Below are positions 39,840-53,181 of a stretch of 64,000 bases of DNA, piece by piece. Made by a program: the position numbers and the translations under genes. Numbering within the stretch: the stretch's first letter is position 1; every line of letters starts with the position of its first letter. The DNA lies in the NCBI RefSeq assembly GCF_006345805.1, contig NC_043005.1, positions 106,764,001-106,828,000 of the forward strand, in the 5' to 3' direction. This DNA comes from Octopus sinensis (Eukaryota). Below the pieces are notes generated by a model that had not been told where the DNA came from, did not search any database, and saw only the letters and a list, made by a program, of their open reading frames with translations.

Positions 39840-40160
39840 AGGGCCATATCCGATTGGATCGTCACTCGAGCCTCACTGTGCAGATTAAATTGAATTAGAT
39901 AGAAGAAATAATCTAATTGCGAGAAATTGGCTTAGTAGTGGCACGCTGACGAAAGCCGTCCGCCGACCACCGACCAGTGACGGAGCGGCGGAACGGCGGA
40001 GCGAAGGAACAAAGGGGAGAGATGGAACGACGGACGGATCTCTGTTCGGCTTCGAAGGAAAGAGGACGTGGAGATAGGGCTGGAGTGTAAGGTTGACAAG
40101 GTGGTGGCAGATTGAAGCGAGGGGGCTGGTGGTCGGAGGAATTTTCGGTGTGTCGAACGT
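39840..40160. promoter_or_regulatory. Short GC/CpG-rich unique segment, possible promoter or enhancer
   Basis: Many CpGs (gccgtccgccgaccaccgacc...gcggcggaacggcggagcg), an ATTGG (reverse CCAAT) and TAAT motifs in an AT-rich background. Function is inferred only. Confidence 0.3.
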
Positions 40161-41867
40161 GTTTATCAGTGTAACGTGGTGGAGTGCCTCTATTTTTGAG
40201 TGCTGGTATTGGTGGTGGTGCCGGTGGTAGTTTATTGTGTGTTAGATAGGGTGAATGAGTTAGATATTGGCTGTAGTGGTGGCGAAGGCCAGAGTGATGG
40301 TCATGGGAGCAATGGTGGTGGTTCCGACAGCGATGGTGGTTGTGGCCACAACAGCACTTGTAGTTGAGGAGACGGTGTAAGTGGTGCTGTGTCCCTTGTA
40401 TGTGCTGGCGCTGGTTGTAGTGCTGTTGTGGATGTTAATGCCATAAGAGGTAGAGGTGGTAGTGGTATTAGTAGTTATTACTAGAGTTAATGGTGATGAT
40501 GAGAGTGATGGTAGTAGCAGTGGTAGCAGTGGAACTGGTGATGGAGACGAAAGTGTCAATGACGGTAGCGCGGGTGTTGGTTGTGGGGCTTGGGGTAAGG
40601 GTGTAGATGGTGGTAGTGTTAGTGAGGAAGGGCCCAATGACGGTGATTGTGGCGATGGTGATGGTGGTGCCTGCATCGTCGTCGTCGTCGTCGTAGTCAT
40701 CACTGTGGCTGTTGTTGGCCTGAAGCTTCAATAGAAGCGTCGGTGAAAAGGAAGGCGAAGGAAAATGAACAGAATAGGAAGACAGAGGAAGAGAGGAAAA
40801 GAGAGAGAGACAGAGAAGGAGAGGAGCAAGTATGGGGTGAGAAAGAGGAGCAAGAGTAAGAAAGAGAGAGAGAGAGAGAGAGTGGGGGAATGGTGTGTGA
40901 AATAATTTACCATTTTACCAAGCCTGCTAACAACCAATGTAAGGAATATCTAATCATGTTAACTAAAATTCTGCTTCGGTGCTTATTGAAATAATATCGT
41001 AATGTAATGAGAATATGTGTGTGTGGAAGTGTGTATGAAAGTGTGTATGAAAGTGTATATGTGCATATATATATATGCATGTATATTGTATATATATCTA
41101 TGTACATTCATCCATGCACACACACACTGTCACAAGTATTTGTATGTACATACGTGCATATTTCTACTTGATTTGAAGTGTAATATAAGATATATCTATT
41201 TTAATAAACATGGAATTTTTGCCTGGTTTTAAATCGTAAACAAAGTGGTTACACCACTGGTTTTATGTCTACGTGGGCTGAGTAACTAGACTAGTTTCTA
41301 GTATTCTTTCCCTGTTGTCAGGGAAGGAATATCTGCGTAAATCATAACTTATATTACCTGTCCGTTTATCCACCCATCTTCCCAACAAGCTATGCATTCC
41401 ATAATTAATGTATCAACCATATAATTAACTATGATGGAACAACACGAGTTACTCCAAAATTTTGCTCTGTCAGAATTTGAACGTATTATCATTTGGTAGA
41501 ATTTGAGCGTACTTTCTTTGGGACAATAATTTGTAGGAACCAGAAAATAATCAGATTCATTACAATTATTTGGCCGAGAATGGGCTAAGACGTGCAATAT
41601 AAACTCATCTGTTTACGGCCTACAGCGAGGTTCACATTAAATATTTATAAAAGATGCCGCACCCTTCACTAGTTTTCAGATTATATTCTTCGAAAATCAC
41701 TGTGCAGTCCACTAGTTAATGCTTCACGCACATATTTTAATGGAAGCTCTTACATCGTTACACTCACTTTCACGTTTCCGTGAGAATATAGGAGAAAAAT
41801 CTATTTGCAAATATATCGAAATACAATTTGTCATCTAGAATTTATACACACACACACACAGACACAT

Positions 41868-41927
<60 letters not shown>

Positions 41928-41928
41928 T

Positions 41929-41958
<30 letters not shown>

Positions 41959-41959
<1 letters not shown>

Positions 41960-42230
41960 TAGAAGAAATGAGGTACACAGAAAATCGGATGGTTTATATT
42001 ACAGATATTTATTTATATATTGCATTTTATATATATATCATATCACTTAGATCATTAGCACTTTCTCCCATTCTAGTGGGGTTTTCAAATCAAAATATAT
42101 ATAAGAAGAATGAGGTACTCAGAAATCCGGATGGCTTTATATTTAGAGATATTACTATGTTACATGTTTTTATAATTCATACATCATATATTAACGCTTT
42201 CGTCCATTTTAGTGGAGTCTTCATGTAAAT
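41959..42230 (+). repeat. Tandem dimer of the ~135-bp (TA)n-associated repeat
   Basis: agaagaaatgaggtac.cagaaa..cggatgg occurs at 41959 and about 42103. Confidence 0.85.
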
Positions 42231-42559
42231 TTATATACGCATATATATATATATAAATATATATATATGTATATATATATATGTGTGTGTGTATGTACCA
42301 CATAGTTACCTTAGTTACCAGTGGTCTATTCTTCGGGTATCTCTTTTGTGTTTGAACGTACACTGTATTCTTTTCTCTCTTTCTCTCTCTCTCCCTCCCT
42401 CTCTCTCTCTCTCTCTCTCTTTATATATATATATATACACGTGAGATGCACTCCAGAAGGTTTGAGGGATTTAGGAGAGGTAGTTATAACAGTCATAACT
42501 GTCTTATATTATTGTAATTTTAGTACACCATTACAATATCTAATAAGGGGATTTTATTT

Positions 42560-42708
42560 TTATTCAGTTTGAAGGTCATTGCTCGATTTTGCTTTTCATC
42601 CTTTCGGGGTCGATAAATTAAGTTCCAGTTGCGTATTGGTGTTGATCTAATCAACTGGCCCCCTCTCCAGAAATTTCGGGCCTTGTACCTAGAGCAAAAG
42701 AGAATTTT
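42560..42708 (+). mobile_element. 5'-truncated family C SINE
   Basis: cttttcatcctttcggggtcgataaattaagttccagtt...aaatttcgggccttgtacctagagcaaaagag. Confidence 0.85.
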
Positions 42709-42711
42709 CAA

Positions 42712-43830
42712 CGCAGCCTACTAAAATACTGCTTGTCACGGCTGAGTAGTTTACAACATAAAGTCGGGACATGATGACAATTTTAAAACAAGTTATGCAA
42801 TACATCTTTCTGTTAAAGTGGGCAAAACCGCTACAGAAGCTTATGAAATGCTGAATACTGCTTATGAATTAACTTGTACAAGTTGAGCATGATTTTAGCT
42901 GAGACAAAAGTTTCAAGGTCTGTAGAGAGAAGGGGGAGAGAAAGAAAGATGATGATAAGAAGTGCTGTAAGGAGGAGGGTGTCAGGATATTAGAATTAGT
43001 TGAGCAAATTTGCAATTTCTTGGATGAAAACCGTTGCCTGTCTATAAAGACAATAAGCATACGGCTTAATGTTGATACATACAGAATTATTCACAGAAAT
43101 CTCATCGTGCGCAAATTTACACAAAGTTTGACCATAGGGTGCTCAATGATGCATAGAAGGAAAGACACGTTGATGACAGCATGGAGATGTTTGAGCTGAA
43201 TGCAAGACTTTAGTTTAAGGTAACCTGTAACGAAAGCTAGATTTACTGTTATGATCCAGAGAGTGCCCAATGCAAGAACCCTGATTCCCTCACATCCAAG
43301 AAGGTCTTGCAAAACAAGGCCTACTTGGAAGCTAATAATGATCATCCCCTTTTTCAACAGCAAGGGTTTCCTCTACACCCATTGATTTCCTTCTGGCCAG
43401 CTTAATAAAGTATACTCTGTTGAGGTTCAGGAAGAGATTTCGTGGCCAAAATCTAGAACTCTTCCACTCGGCTCGGTAGTACGTACACCATTCCATAATT
43501 CCATCCTGTTAACCAACTGCTTGCCAAACATGGGTATCAAAACTCTACATCTCTCTCTCTCTCTCTCTCTCCACCCCAGACCTTGCTCCCCGCGAATTTT
43601 GGTTGCTGTCTAAGCTGAAGGAGAACTTCAGAGGCAATCGTTTGTAAAATACTAAGAAGATGAAGGAGGCTCTGGTAAGAGTTCTGGACACCTTTATTTG
43701 GAGGACTTCCATGGAGCCTTCACGAAATGGATAGAGCGTTACAAGTGAATCATACTCCGAGGATTCTACTCTGAAGGAGATTAGAGTTTTGTACTTCTTT
43801 GATAGTAATGTCGCCCCCGAAAATGCGAGT
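42712..43830 (+). mobile_element. Decayed mariner transposon
   Basis: YAIHLSVKVGKTATEAYEMLNTAY; VTCNES.IYCYDPE; PDLAPREFWLLSKLKENFRG. Multiple stops. Ends are approximate. Confidence 0.85.
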
Positions 43831-43849
43831 GTGTGGATGTATAAATTCT

Positions 43850-44330
43850 ACAGAATGCATTCTTGGTTTACATCTGGTGTTTCTTCAGGAATAGACCTAA
43901 TCACTCTTCTCTGTTGTTTTCCCTATAGGATAATTGAATCTACTGAGCTGCAAGCATCGCGACTAATACAAAATAGTAGTATCATTTCACTAACGTCGGG
44001 CTCCTTGAAAAGAGACTTAAAACCTAATAATTGTCTTCTTATTAAAAGATTAAAACAATAGTAAAGTTCCTTTTTTTCCATGCTACAATTAACCTCAGAA
44101 ACTTCTAAAAGAATGATACCATATTGTAATCTGTTTATTATTCTGCACTCAGACCTCATTTTCATACAACCATAACACTTCGATGGACATTCGTGTATTT
44201 AAAAGCAAGCTGCAATGGATGGCTATAAGACTCCAGTCTCTCAGAAACTTCCTAAAACAATCAACGTATTTTGAATATACGTATTCTAGGCACGGGAAGA
44301 GAGACAAAAATAAAGAAATAATGCTGTAAT
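43850..44330 (-). pseudogene. Possible L1/Tx1-type APE endonuclease relic
   Basis: Stop-ridden frame (WYHSF..HGKKGTLLLF..IIRF..GARR..LQLSRFNYP) loosely follows the APE W.S...S.GVAIL...GR.I....YAP pattern. Confidence 0.3.
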
Positions 44331-45136
44331 TCATTCAAATAGAAGTATAACATTGTGGATGATCTTCAACATGTATTCAAATAAACAAAGATGCTTTGTA
44401 TTTATTACAGGGGAATGTATTACGAAACTAGTCTCGTATTAAAATCTATAAGATAAACTCAACAGTTAGCAGCGATGTAGATTAGAGAGCTAAAGAAAAT
44501 TATTAATAATTAATGGGGAATTATAAATATTTCCTCGAGTAAATTGGCAAAACATGGAGGTAATATTATATGCTGTTGGGGTATTCTCTGTTGTTGTCTG
44601 TTTGTTGTTTTTTCTCTCTGTTTAGTCATAGAAAAAGAATTATGAATGTTATAGAACTAAACAATATTGAAGCAAATGTAGAATGTGTATATTTTATATA
44701 TTTAAGAACACATTGGTTTATGTGCGTATATGTATGTAGATGTGTGTCTCCAAGCCAATTAGTGAGTGATTACAGTAAATTTTGGCCGTTAGTTTTAACA
44801 GAAAAAATATCCCACATTGAACCTATTTTAAGGGCACTAATTCTCCTATCTGCTGCGTATAAACAAATAAATCAAAAACCCTAATTACCTAAGACGTTTT
44901 CCAACTATTGTCAATTATTTCCACGGAATGATAAGTCGGTTATGTATCACATATAAAATTTTAAGAAAATTCACTAATTATTCGTGTATCAGAGACTATG
45001 TAACCGTACCGTACGATGTTAATGTTATTACATCATTTGGACACATGGCAACGTACACACGCCCATAAATATCTACACATCTTCTACACTCATGCATACG
45101 TGCATTTGTGTATGTGTGTATATATGAATGTATATA

Positions 45137-46025
45137 CTGTAAATCGTCGAGTATAGTCCGCCCTTGAGTATAATACGCAAGGGATTTTTAGGGTGCTGTA
45201 CCTCTGAAAAATCTAAACCTTGTGTATAATACACACCCCTTCTCTAACTTGAGCCAAGGATGTCAATATAACGTCCTTGGTTTGTAAAAATGTATACGGT
45301 AACGTCCTTTATTATTATTGTATATATAACATAATGCAAACGTGTGGCTTTTTTGTGCATTTTGTTTGCAGAAAATAAAGAAATAACAGTAATAACGTCA
45401 GTGAAAAATAAATATCAAGTAAAGTGCCTTTACATCAGTTAGAAAAGCAAAAGCAAAAACATTTACTCAAATCCTTCAAATTCAACGTCACTTCCAGCAT
45501 CAAATAGTTGTTCCGTTTCTTCCCCCGTAAACATGTCAGCCTCATTGTAATGTAAATCTCCGTCATCGTCAGATTCATAGTCAACATCAGAAGATTCCCT
45601 TTCATTTATTTCCTCTTTCCATACAACGTCATCCTGAGAACCATCCAGTGCAGTCGATATACAACATTTGATAAAACTTTTCACGATAATCTGATGATCA
45701 AATTCATTCTATGTATCCACGATCCATTTGCATATCAAAGTCAGGTCGGGAGCGCGATCCCTTCCACCTTTAGTGAACAACTTTTCTCCAGTCGACATCC
45801 ATTCAGTCCATAAATCACTTTTTGACTTCATTGCTTTCAGGCTTAGCTTAAAGGTATTTTCGCGCCCGACATCACAAAATGCGTCTGAATAAACATTGCC
45901 GGACAGCAACTAGAGATTCGGACATTGCTTAGAAAATATTCTTCATTTTTATCCTCGTATATAGCACGCACTAGGGATTTCGACCTTTAAATTTTGGGAA
46001 AGAAATGGGGATTATATTCGACTTC
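45137..46025 (-). mobile_element. Tc2/pogo-like (DDE_1) transposon remnant, internally deleted
   Basis: Terminus TA|ctgtaaatcgtcgagtatagtccgc. Minus-strand peptides WTEWMSTGEKLFTKGGRDRAPDLTLICKWI and KSFIKCCISTALDGSQDD. Weak opposite TIR near 46009-46022. Confidence 0.8.
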
Positions 46026-46032
46026 GCTGGCA

Positions 46033-46235
46033 AAGCGAGCAGGCCAACAGAAGAAAGAGTGAGAGAAAATTGTGGTGAAAGAGTACAGCAGGGCTCGCCA
46101 CCAGCCCCGACTGGAGCATCGTGGAGCTTTAGGTGTTTTCGCTCAATAAACACTCACAACGCCCCATCTGGGAATCGAATCCACGATCCTACAACCGCGA
46201 GCCCGCTGCCCTAACCACTGGGCCATTGCGCCTCT
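46033..46235 (-). mobile_element. Family B SINE (tail type 3, truncated)
   Basis: Head and body match 23533. The sequence continues as ttcttctgttggcctgctcgc. Confidence 0.88.
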
Positions 46236-46277
46236 ACCAATATGTACATATATGTATATATGTGTGTGTGCATATAA

Positions 46278-46340
<63 letters not shown>

Positions 46341-46676
46341 CGCATATATTTACACATATGCATATATACAGAGATACACAGGCACATAGGCATATGGGCA
46401 CACACACACACATATATTCACATTCGTACACACATACACACGCACAAACACACAGTTTATTTAAACTTCACTGTTTCACTCTTCACTGCAGCTTCGTTGC
46501 ACTGAATCATCACTGAACGAAGCCAGTGAATTCTATTTAATTCAACCGCGTGCTCTACATTGTTCTTTGAGCACCCTTTTTGTGTATGTGTATAAATGTG
46601 CTTCAGCGAATACGTATGACATCTGTGTGTGTGTGTATATATATATCTATATCTATATATCTATATATACATATAA

Positions 46677-46707
<31 letters not shown>

Positions 46708-46822
46708 ACTTAGAGATAAAAAACCCTCAAATAGTGGTTTTATCTCTAATTTAATTTATATTGTGAAATTTGATTTAATCCTAAATTTAATTTTTCCCTG
46801 TAAGTTTGGATATACTCCCTAA

Positions 46823-46825
<3 letters not shown>
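46708..46825 (+). repeat. Unclassified ~110-bp repeat 'F' (second copy about 56097-56220)
   Basis: Shared tgtgaaatttgattta...aaatt.aatttttccctgtaagtt.ggat. Both copies lie next to TA-rich runs. Confidence 0.7.
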
Positions 46826-46884
<59 letters not shown>

Positions 46885-46908
46885 GTGTTGTTGTTGTTTT
46901 TGTTGTTG

Positions 46909-46939
<31 letters not shown>

Positions 46940-47837
46940 GTGTGTGTGTGTATATGTGTGTATGTTTGGTATATGTATAAAGTATTTGTGCGCATCCGTA
47001 TTTGTATTAGGATCTACCTCAAACACTGATGGCTGTCTAGCCTCCGTATCTTATGCATAGTATCTCAATACAACATATTAAAGGGCGTTGTATATATCCA
47101 GATGTTTTCACTCATTTGCTATTGTCTTTGACACATGCCAACATATGCTAGCTATTATATATATTGTGACCACCTCCCCACAGGCTCTATCACTAACATC
47201 AGTAGACCAGCCATCATTCGCCCACCACTACTCTTAGTACAACTTGAAAATATATGCATGCAATGTCTGCCAGAAGTAATGTCGTTGAACAATTGTTATC
47301 TCCATGAAAATGCACAAATTATATTAGATCAGAATCCTTTATTTCACAAGAAACTGGCAGTTGTAGTGATAATAATAGTTGAATTACGTAGGCGTTAGAT
47401 TACGTTCTATTTTCAAATATAATGATATTGACATTTTCTCCATTCCGTCCCTGTTAAAGTGCCAGTTATCTCATGGGGTCGATTACAACTTTTCCTCCAT
47501 TAGAGAGCTTTGGAATTTTAAAAAATTTGTGTTGGTTATGCTGGCGTGTAGCTGAATTTCTAGAACTTTGGTCGGACTTCGGCCTTTTTTATGCTTTTTA
47601 GAGTGCTCATGGTCATTTGCTTTCTTATATATTCTTCTCCATGTACTCATCTCCCCTTCCTTCTTCGCATTCGACCAGAATAAAAAGTTGTTGATGTTTG
47701 GTTTGTTGAAGTGCATGCATGTTTGTCGTTGCTGATGTCGCTTCGGTGTGAAGCAAGCCCATTTGTAAATCTTCCTTTGAACAGTTTTTAATCTTTATAC
47801 TTCAGTTATAGTTTCGTATATTTTTGCTGTAGCTGCT

Positions 47838-48217
47838 GCTGTTGCTGTTGAGTGAACGGTCTTCGTCCGAGAGCTCGCAAAATGGGAGATGTCCGAAACG
47901 TGGTCCTTTGCAATTCGTAAAACCCGCAGAAGAGAAAGCAGGTCAACCCCCGACACTGAGAGCATCGACGGATGGATGAATGCGCATCCAGGCTCAGCGG
48001 TTGCGTAGGAAGTCGGGGACAAGAAACAGGAAGAAAGAGTGAGAGAAAGTTGGAGCGAAAGGGTACAACAGGGGTCGCCACCACCCCCTGCCGGAGCCTC
48101 GTGGAGCTTTAGGTATTTTCGCTCAATAAACACACAAAACGCCCGGTCTGGGAATCGAAACCACGATCCTCCGACCGCGAGTCCACTGCCCAAACTATTG
48201 GGCCATTTCGCCTCCAC
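47838..48217 (-). mobile_element. Full-length family B SINE (tail type 2) with 13-bp TSD
   Basis: TSD tgctgtagctgct at 47825-47837 and 48218-48230. Head and body match 23533; the 3' half differs. Confidence 0.93.
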
Positions 48218-48354
48218 TGCTGTAGCTGCTACACTACTCGATTACTGTCCGTTCAGCTGTTGCTGATGTCGATGTTATAGACACTAACGTGTTGACAGCC
48301 AGGGTGTTTTCATTCCTTTCTGCTCCCCTTTGTAAACGTTTAATCACCATCTCC

Positions 48355-48387
<33 letters not shown>

Positions 48388-48912
48388 GCACAAATTCAAG
48401 CACACACATGCATGCCTATATATGTGTCTATCTAGGAGTGTACCTCTGTAAGTGTGCGCGCCAGTGCGAATGTGTATATCTGTGTCAGTTTGTGCTATAC
48501 TGACACATGTTTCTTATTTGTGTACGAAGAGCCTACAGTTGACTTGGAATGGTAAATTCTCGAAGCCCATTAACGTTTTCAAACGCCTTTGTCCATATAT
48601 TCCAGAAGTGATTATTCTGTGTTACCGCCATTTTATATTAGCAGGGTCAACGAAATTTTTCCTATATTAGTAGTAATATTTTCTCGGGTTTTTCAGTATT
48701 TAACCATTAGCTGTTGTCTAGTGACTGTTTTTTGTCAATGAGGCGGAATCAATTGTATTTGTTTATGACGAATGCTCCTTGTCTGTATATTGGTTCAAAC
48801 ATGAGGATAGCACATCCTTCTTTTATCTTCCATACCATGGATATGATATACTCTAATATTCTTGAGCATGCTTTGCTTTATATTTGCAACTTAGAAACCT
48901 TCTTATTGGTAA

Positions 48913-49302
48913 CTAGCAGTATCGCCCGGTGTTGCTCGGGTTTGTAAGGGAAATAACTATATAAGCATTTTTAGAGATGTAAAGTATAATAGCCATCTCA
49001 ATATGGCTAACCACAAGGGGGGGGTACTGTAGCTTTTTACGTTCTGAGATTTAATGATAAATTTTTAGAGAGTTACTTCCCTTATATATGCCAAAAATGC
49101 ATTAAAAAGGGAAAAAATTAATGGTAATTTTTTTTTTAAATCGTAGACTCATCGTAGACACGCGCTAGTACCCAGAAGGGCTCGATATGAATGACGACTA
49201 TAAGATACCCGGTTTTGGTTAAACTGCACCGCAAAATGTGGGAGTAGTTAGGAATCTAAATCGTAGGAGACAGACACACAACTTCACTTTTATATATAAA
49301 GA
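48913..49302 (-). mobile_element. Non-autonomous Helitron, 390 bp
   Basis: Minus strand: A|TCtttatatataaaagtg ... cccgagcaacaccggg hairpin, then cgatactgCTAG|T. This gives 5' TC, 3' CTAG, a subterminal hairpin, an AT target and no TSD. Confidence 0.9.
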
Positions 49303-49319
49303 TATTACAGTAACAAGCA

Positions 49320-50112
49320 GGAGAGCAATCTGGACGAATTGTTAGCACGTCAGTCAAAAAGTTTTACTGGTATTTTTTCCGCATTTACGCCCTGAGTTCA
49401 AATTCTGCCGCAGGCGCACTCTCTCTTTTATTTGTTTCAGTCATTTGACTTCGGCCATGCTGGAGCACCGCCTTTAGTCGAGCAAATCGACCCCAGGTCT
49501 TATTCTTTGTAAGCCTAGTACTTATTCTATCGTTCTCTTTTGGCCAAACCGCTAAGTTACGGGAACGTACACACACCAGCATCGGTTGTCAAGCGATGTT
49601 GGGGGAGGGACAAACACAGACACACAAACATATACACACACTTTCTTAAGCCGTTGTTCTCACGCGTTCAAAATAATTTTTCCTTCGTTCGGCTTAACAG
49701 CCCTTACCATTTGTATTACTGGTATTCTACTTGTCCTGTCTTTTACTGTTTTTATTTGTATTTTTACTGTCTTGTATTGTTTTTACTGTCCTGTTTTTGT
49801 TACCACTTTTACCCCTCCCCAAAAAATATATACGACAGGCTTCTTTCAGTTTCCGTCTAGTAAATCCACTCACAAGGCTTTGGTCGGCCTGAGGCTTTAG
49901 TAGAAGACACTTTCCCAGGGTGCCACGCAGTGGGACTGAACCAGGAACCATGTGGTTATTAAGCAAGATACTTACCACACAGCCAAGGCGTCTTGACCTT
50001 TCATATTTTTTTTCGAAAAATAAAAGTAAATAAGTACCAGCGGAGGACTGGTGTTGATGTTATCGACGGGACCTCTATACCAAAATATCCGGCTTTGTAC
50101 CTATTGTAGAAA
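49320..50112 (+). mobile_element. Family C SINE split by a family A insertion (49320-49418 and 49986-50112)
   Basis: The head ends gagttcaaattctgccgcaggcg and resumes aggcgtcttgacctttcat...aagtaccag...ggctttgtacctattgtagaaag. Confidence 0.75.
49419..49985 (-). mobile_element. Family A SINE carrying a ~185-bp insert (49642-49826) in its internal microsatellite
   Basis: Both halves match family A. The extra sequence sits between acacacac and atatacgacaggc. Confidence 0.88.
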
Positions 50113-50159
50113 GTACTTTATAATTACATGTTTAATTTACAAATCGTTGCAATCCCATT

Positions 50160-50535
50160 GAGCATTCAATGTTTAGCATGTTCGCTTTGCTAGCATGTAA
50201 TTCATTTTTGATGAGGAACCATGGCTTTTGCATTTTGTAGTACAATATTAGTGTTAGTTTTTAATCAGCTGCAGTGTAGTTTTGGCTTTCTTCAATATGT
50301 TTACGAGCTTTTTTTTTTTTTTTAAATAGCGTTTATTTATTAAATAGCTAGAAAGCATTTGATTAGTTTAATAAACTTCGGGTGGTTTGATCACATAACA
50401 TGTCTGGCACCTGATGCATTTTCTACTGGGAATTTCTTTCTGTATTGTTCTATAACGTGGTCGACTAGTTTGTTTTAACATCCAATGTTGATTAGTATTT
50501 GGTTTAATCTGTAGATTTCATGTAACGCATTATAT
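50160..50535 (-). mobile_element. Decayed PLE fragment (RT thumb/linker)
   Basis: LHEIYRLNQILINIGC*NKLVDHVI; NQMLSSY; KLTLILYYKMQK...LIKN. These match PLE post-RT motifs as I recall them. Confidence 0.65.
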
Positions 50536-50869
50536 CTCACAACACAAAACAAAATAAATAGGAGAAACATCAGCAAGGAAGACATCTAACACAGCAGTCC
50601 CTACAACAACTGATCAATTAACGACCGACATGATACCAAATGGCATAACAGAATGCACAGAATCAACAGACATAGGGTGTACGCTACTCGAAAACATAAA
50701 GCACGAAACAAAAAGAAATCGAAATATTGGGCTGTAGATGGAAATATTGAATCAATTTGCATCGACATAGATGAAGTTAATAGTCTGAGAAATTATAATC
50801 TTGTTAACAATAACTTATCCCATGGTATCTTTCGCATGGTGTCTGCCTGCCTGCCTGCCTGCCTGCCTG

Positions 50870-51126
<257 letters not shown>

Positions 51127-51257
51127 CCCTGTAGATATAAATACAGTGTACATTTAACCACAAAAGAGGCATCCATCATAGGATAACTGGCACGCTAGAA
51201 GGAACAGCCAAGAGTCAAACCATGATAATATTATTTATTATTTATTATCTATCTACC

Positions 51258-51314
<57 letters not shown>

Positions 51315-52820
51315 ATACACACACATATGTATAAATGAATGCGCACGTGCATATGTATTGCGCTTTATTGTCATGTGTCACTGTATTCACCCAATCGGAT
51401 TACACCTAGCTTGCCGCCCCATTGATTCGGCATAAAGTTATAAGTTCAGCATTGCTTCTTTTTCTTTCTCCATACGATCATCAATTTCCCTCCTCAATAC
51501 GATTCACTTCTTCCCAAAGAATGGAGAGTTGTAACAGAACCATTTGCTTCGAAATTTCCAAGATCAGCTTCATCGTTCTTCCAAGATCGTTCTTCCTCAA
51601 GGATTAGTCATTCTAAGCGCCTATACTTCACAAAGGAGACGATCATTTTTGTTGATGCTTGTTTGAAGAGAAATCCCGTTGCCTCGCTCATCTTCTGGCT
51701 CTGTTAGCAACGGAACAACACTGGCTGCTGAAAGCGTCTATCATGCTTCCATTTTAAGCAGGATTTCAACAGCCGTATTTTAACAGCCTTGCAAAATCGT
51801 TCTTCTTCAACTGACACTCACATCGTATTTTGGCTCAGAAGCCTCTTGTCCTTTTCGTATTGTGATAGAGAGGTATTGTGCTGCTACCTACTCTGGCCCG
51901 TTAACGCAAACCCATCTACGCTATGTCTTTCTCGAGACTCTACAGCTTCAACAGCCTCCGCAGTTCTTCACATCTGCTCTCTTCTGCTTGACTTATGCTC
52001 CTTGTAAGCGCTAGCTACTTCCGTTGCAATAGGATAGCATTCTTCTGAAATCCGTCAACAGCTGTTTTTCGAATCTCATATACCAAGTGAGGTCAAACAA
52101 TCAGAGGGAAGATGCGATACTGGTAAATCTGGACCTTAAACTTGCAAGGTAGACACAAGTTTTCATTGTGGATAGTCAGATATGTGTTTATTGGTAAAAT
52201 TAAACACCTTTCTCAGCTCCGTCTTTGGTTTCGTGATGAAGGGTGGCATCTTTTTATTACCAACTGTCAAGGGGGAAATACAGTACAACTTGCTTTTTTA
52301 TTCAGCATAACACATTTGGACATAACTGGTTTGTAGATCTTATGAGCGCAAACGATATGTATGTCTTTTTACAATGCATGTGATATTATGAGCATGTGTG
52401 AGCGTATGTGTAAGGGAGTGTATGTATATGCGCGTGTGGGTATAAGGCTTGCGAACACTACGTAACCGTTGTTTTAGAATATTTACGTATTACTCTGTAA
52501 TGTGTAAAGGAAATTCGGGAAGAGAATTTGTGAAGCATTAGCAAAATTTCTTGTGAAAGTTTGGTTTGCTTATAAAGGTCAGAGACAGGCACATACAGGA
52601 CTCGTGGCTGGGGGTTATATCATGAAATTAAATATTTCGGGCATCATTACACATGTTTTGGTGACCGTCGTAAGAGAGATATATAAAGCTTTCCTCATAT
52701 AAAATATATGTGCGTGAACATATTTACAGCATTAATTTCAGTTACTTCTCTCTGTTACCTTCTCTCTCACTTATACAAACACACACACCCAAACTCTCCC
52801 CTCTATCTCGCCCTTCATAG

Positions 52821-52859
<39 letters not shown>

Positions 52860-53043
52860 TGTGTTGGACTAATGGACTCACGTTCTTTTTTTCATACTTT
52901 CTCTATTTGTTACTTATTATTTAACACTCACACCGGTAAAATTTCCACTTTTTTCTTATTTTTATTGTACTAAAATGTCGTTGCGACTTGCAACCTTTTC
53001 AATAGATTTGACTCTGTCCCTTATTTACACTACGCACACACAC

Positions 53044-53074
<31 letters not shown>

Positions 53075-53076
53075 TG

Positions 53077-53115
<39 letters not shown>

Positions 53116-53181
53116 ATTCGGGGTGAGTACTTGATAATTGTAAGCACCTGTATATACCGTTTGGTGGTGTAGGTGGTGGAG

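Noticed and set aside
40260-40734. Pro/Ser/Thr-rich or Gly/Asp-rich ORFs as a host exon
   Set aside because: Low-complexity GTG/GAT/GTA triplet mosaic open on both strands, with no recognisable domain or splice evidence.
51540-52080. L1/Tx1 inter-domain relic on the minus strand
   Set aside because: Helical, K/E/R-rich, stop-ridden frame with no diagnostic motif; not supportable.
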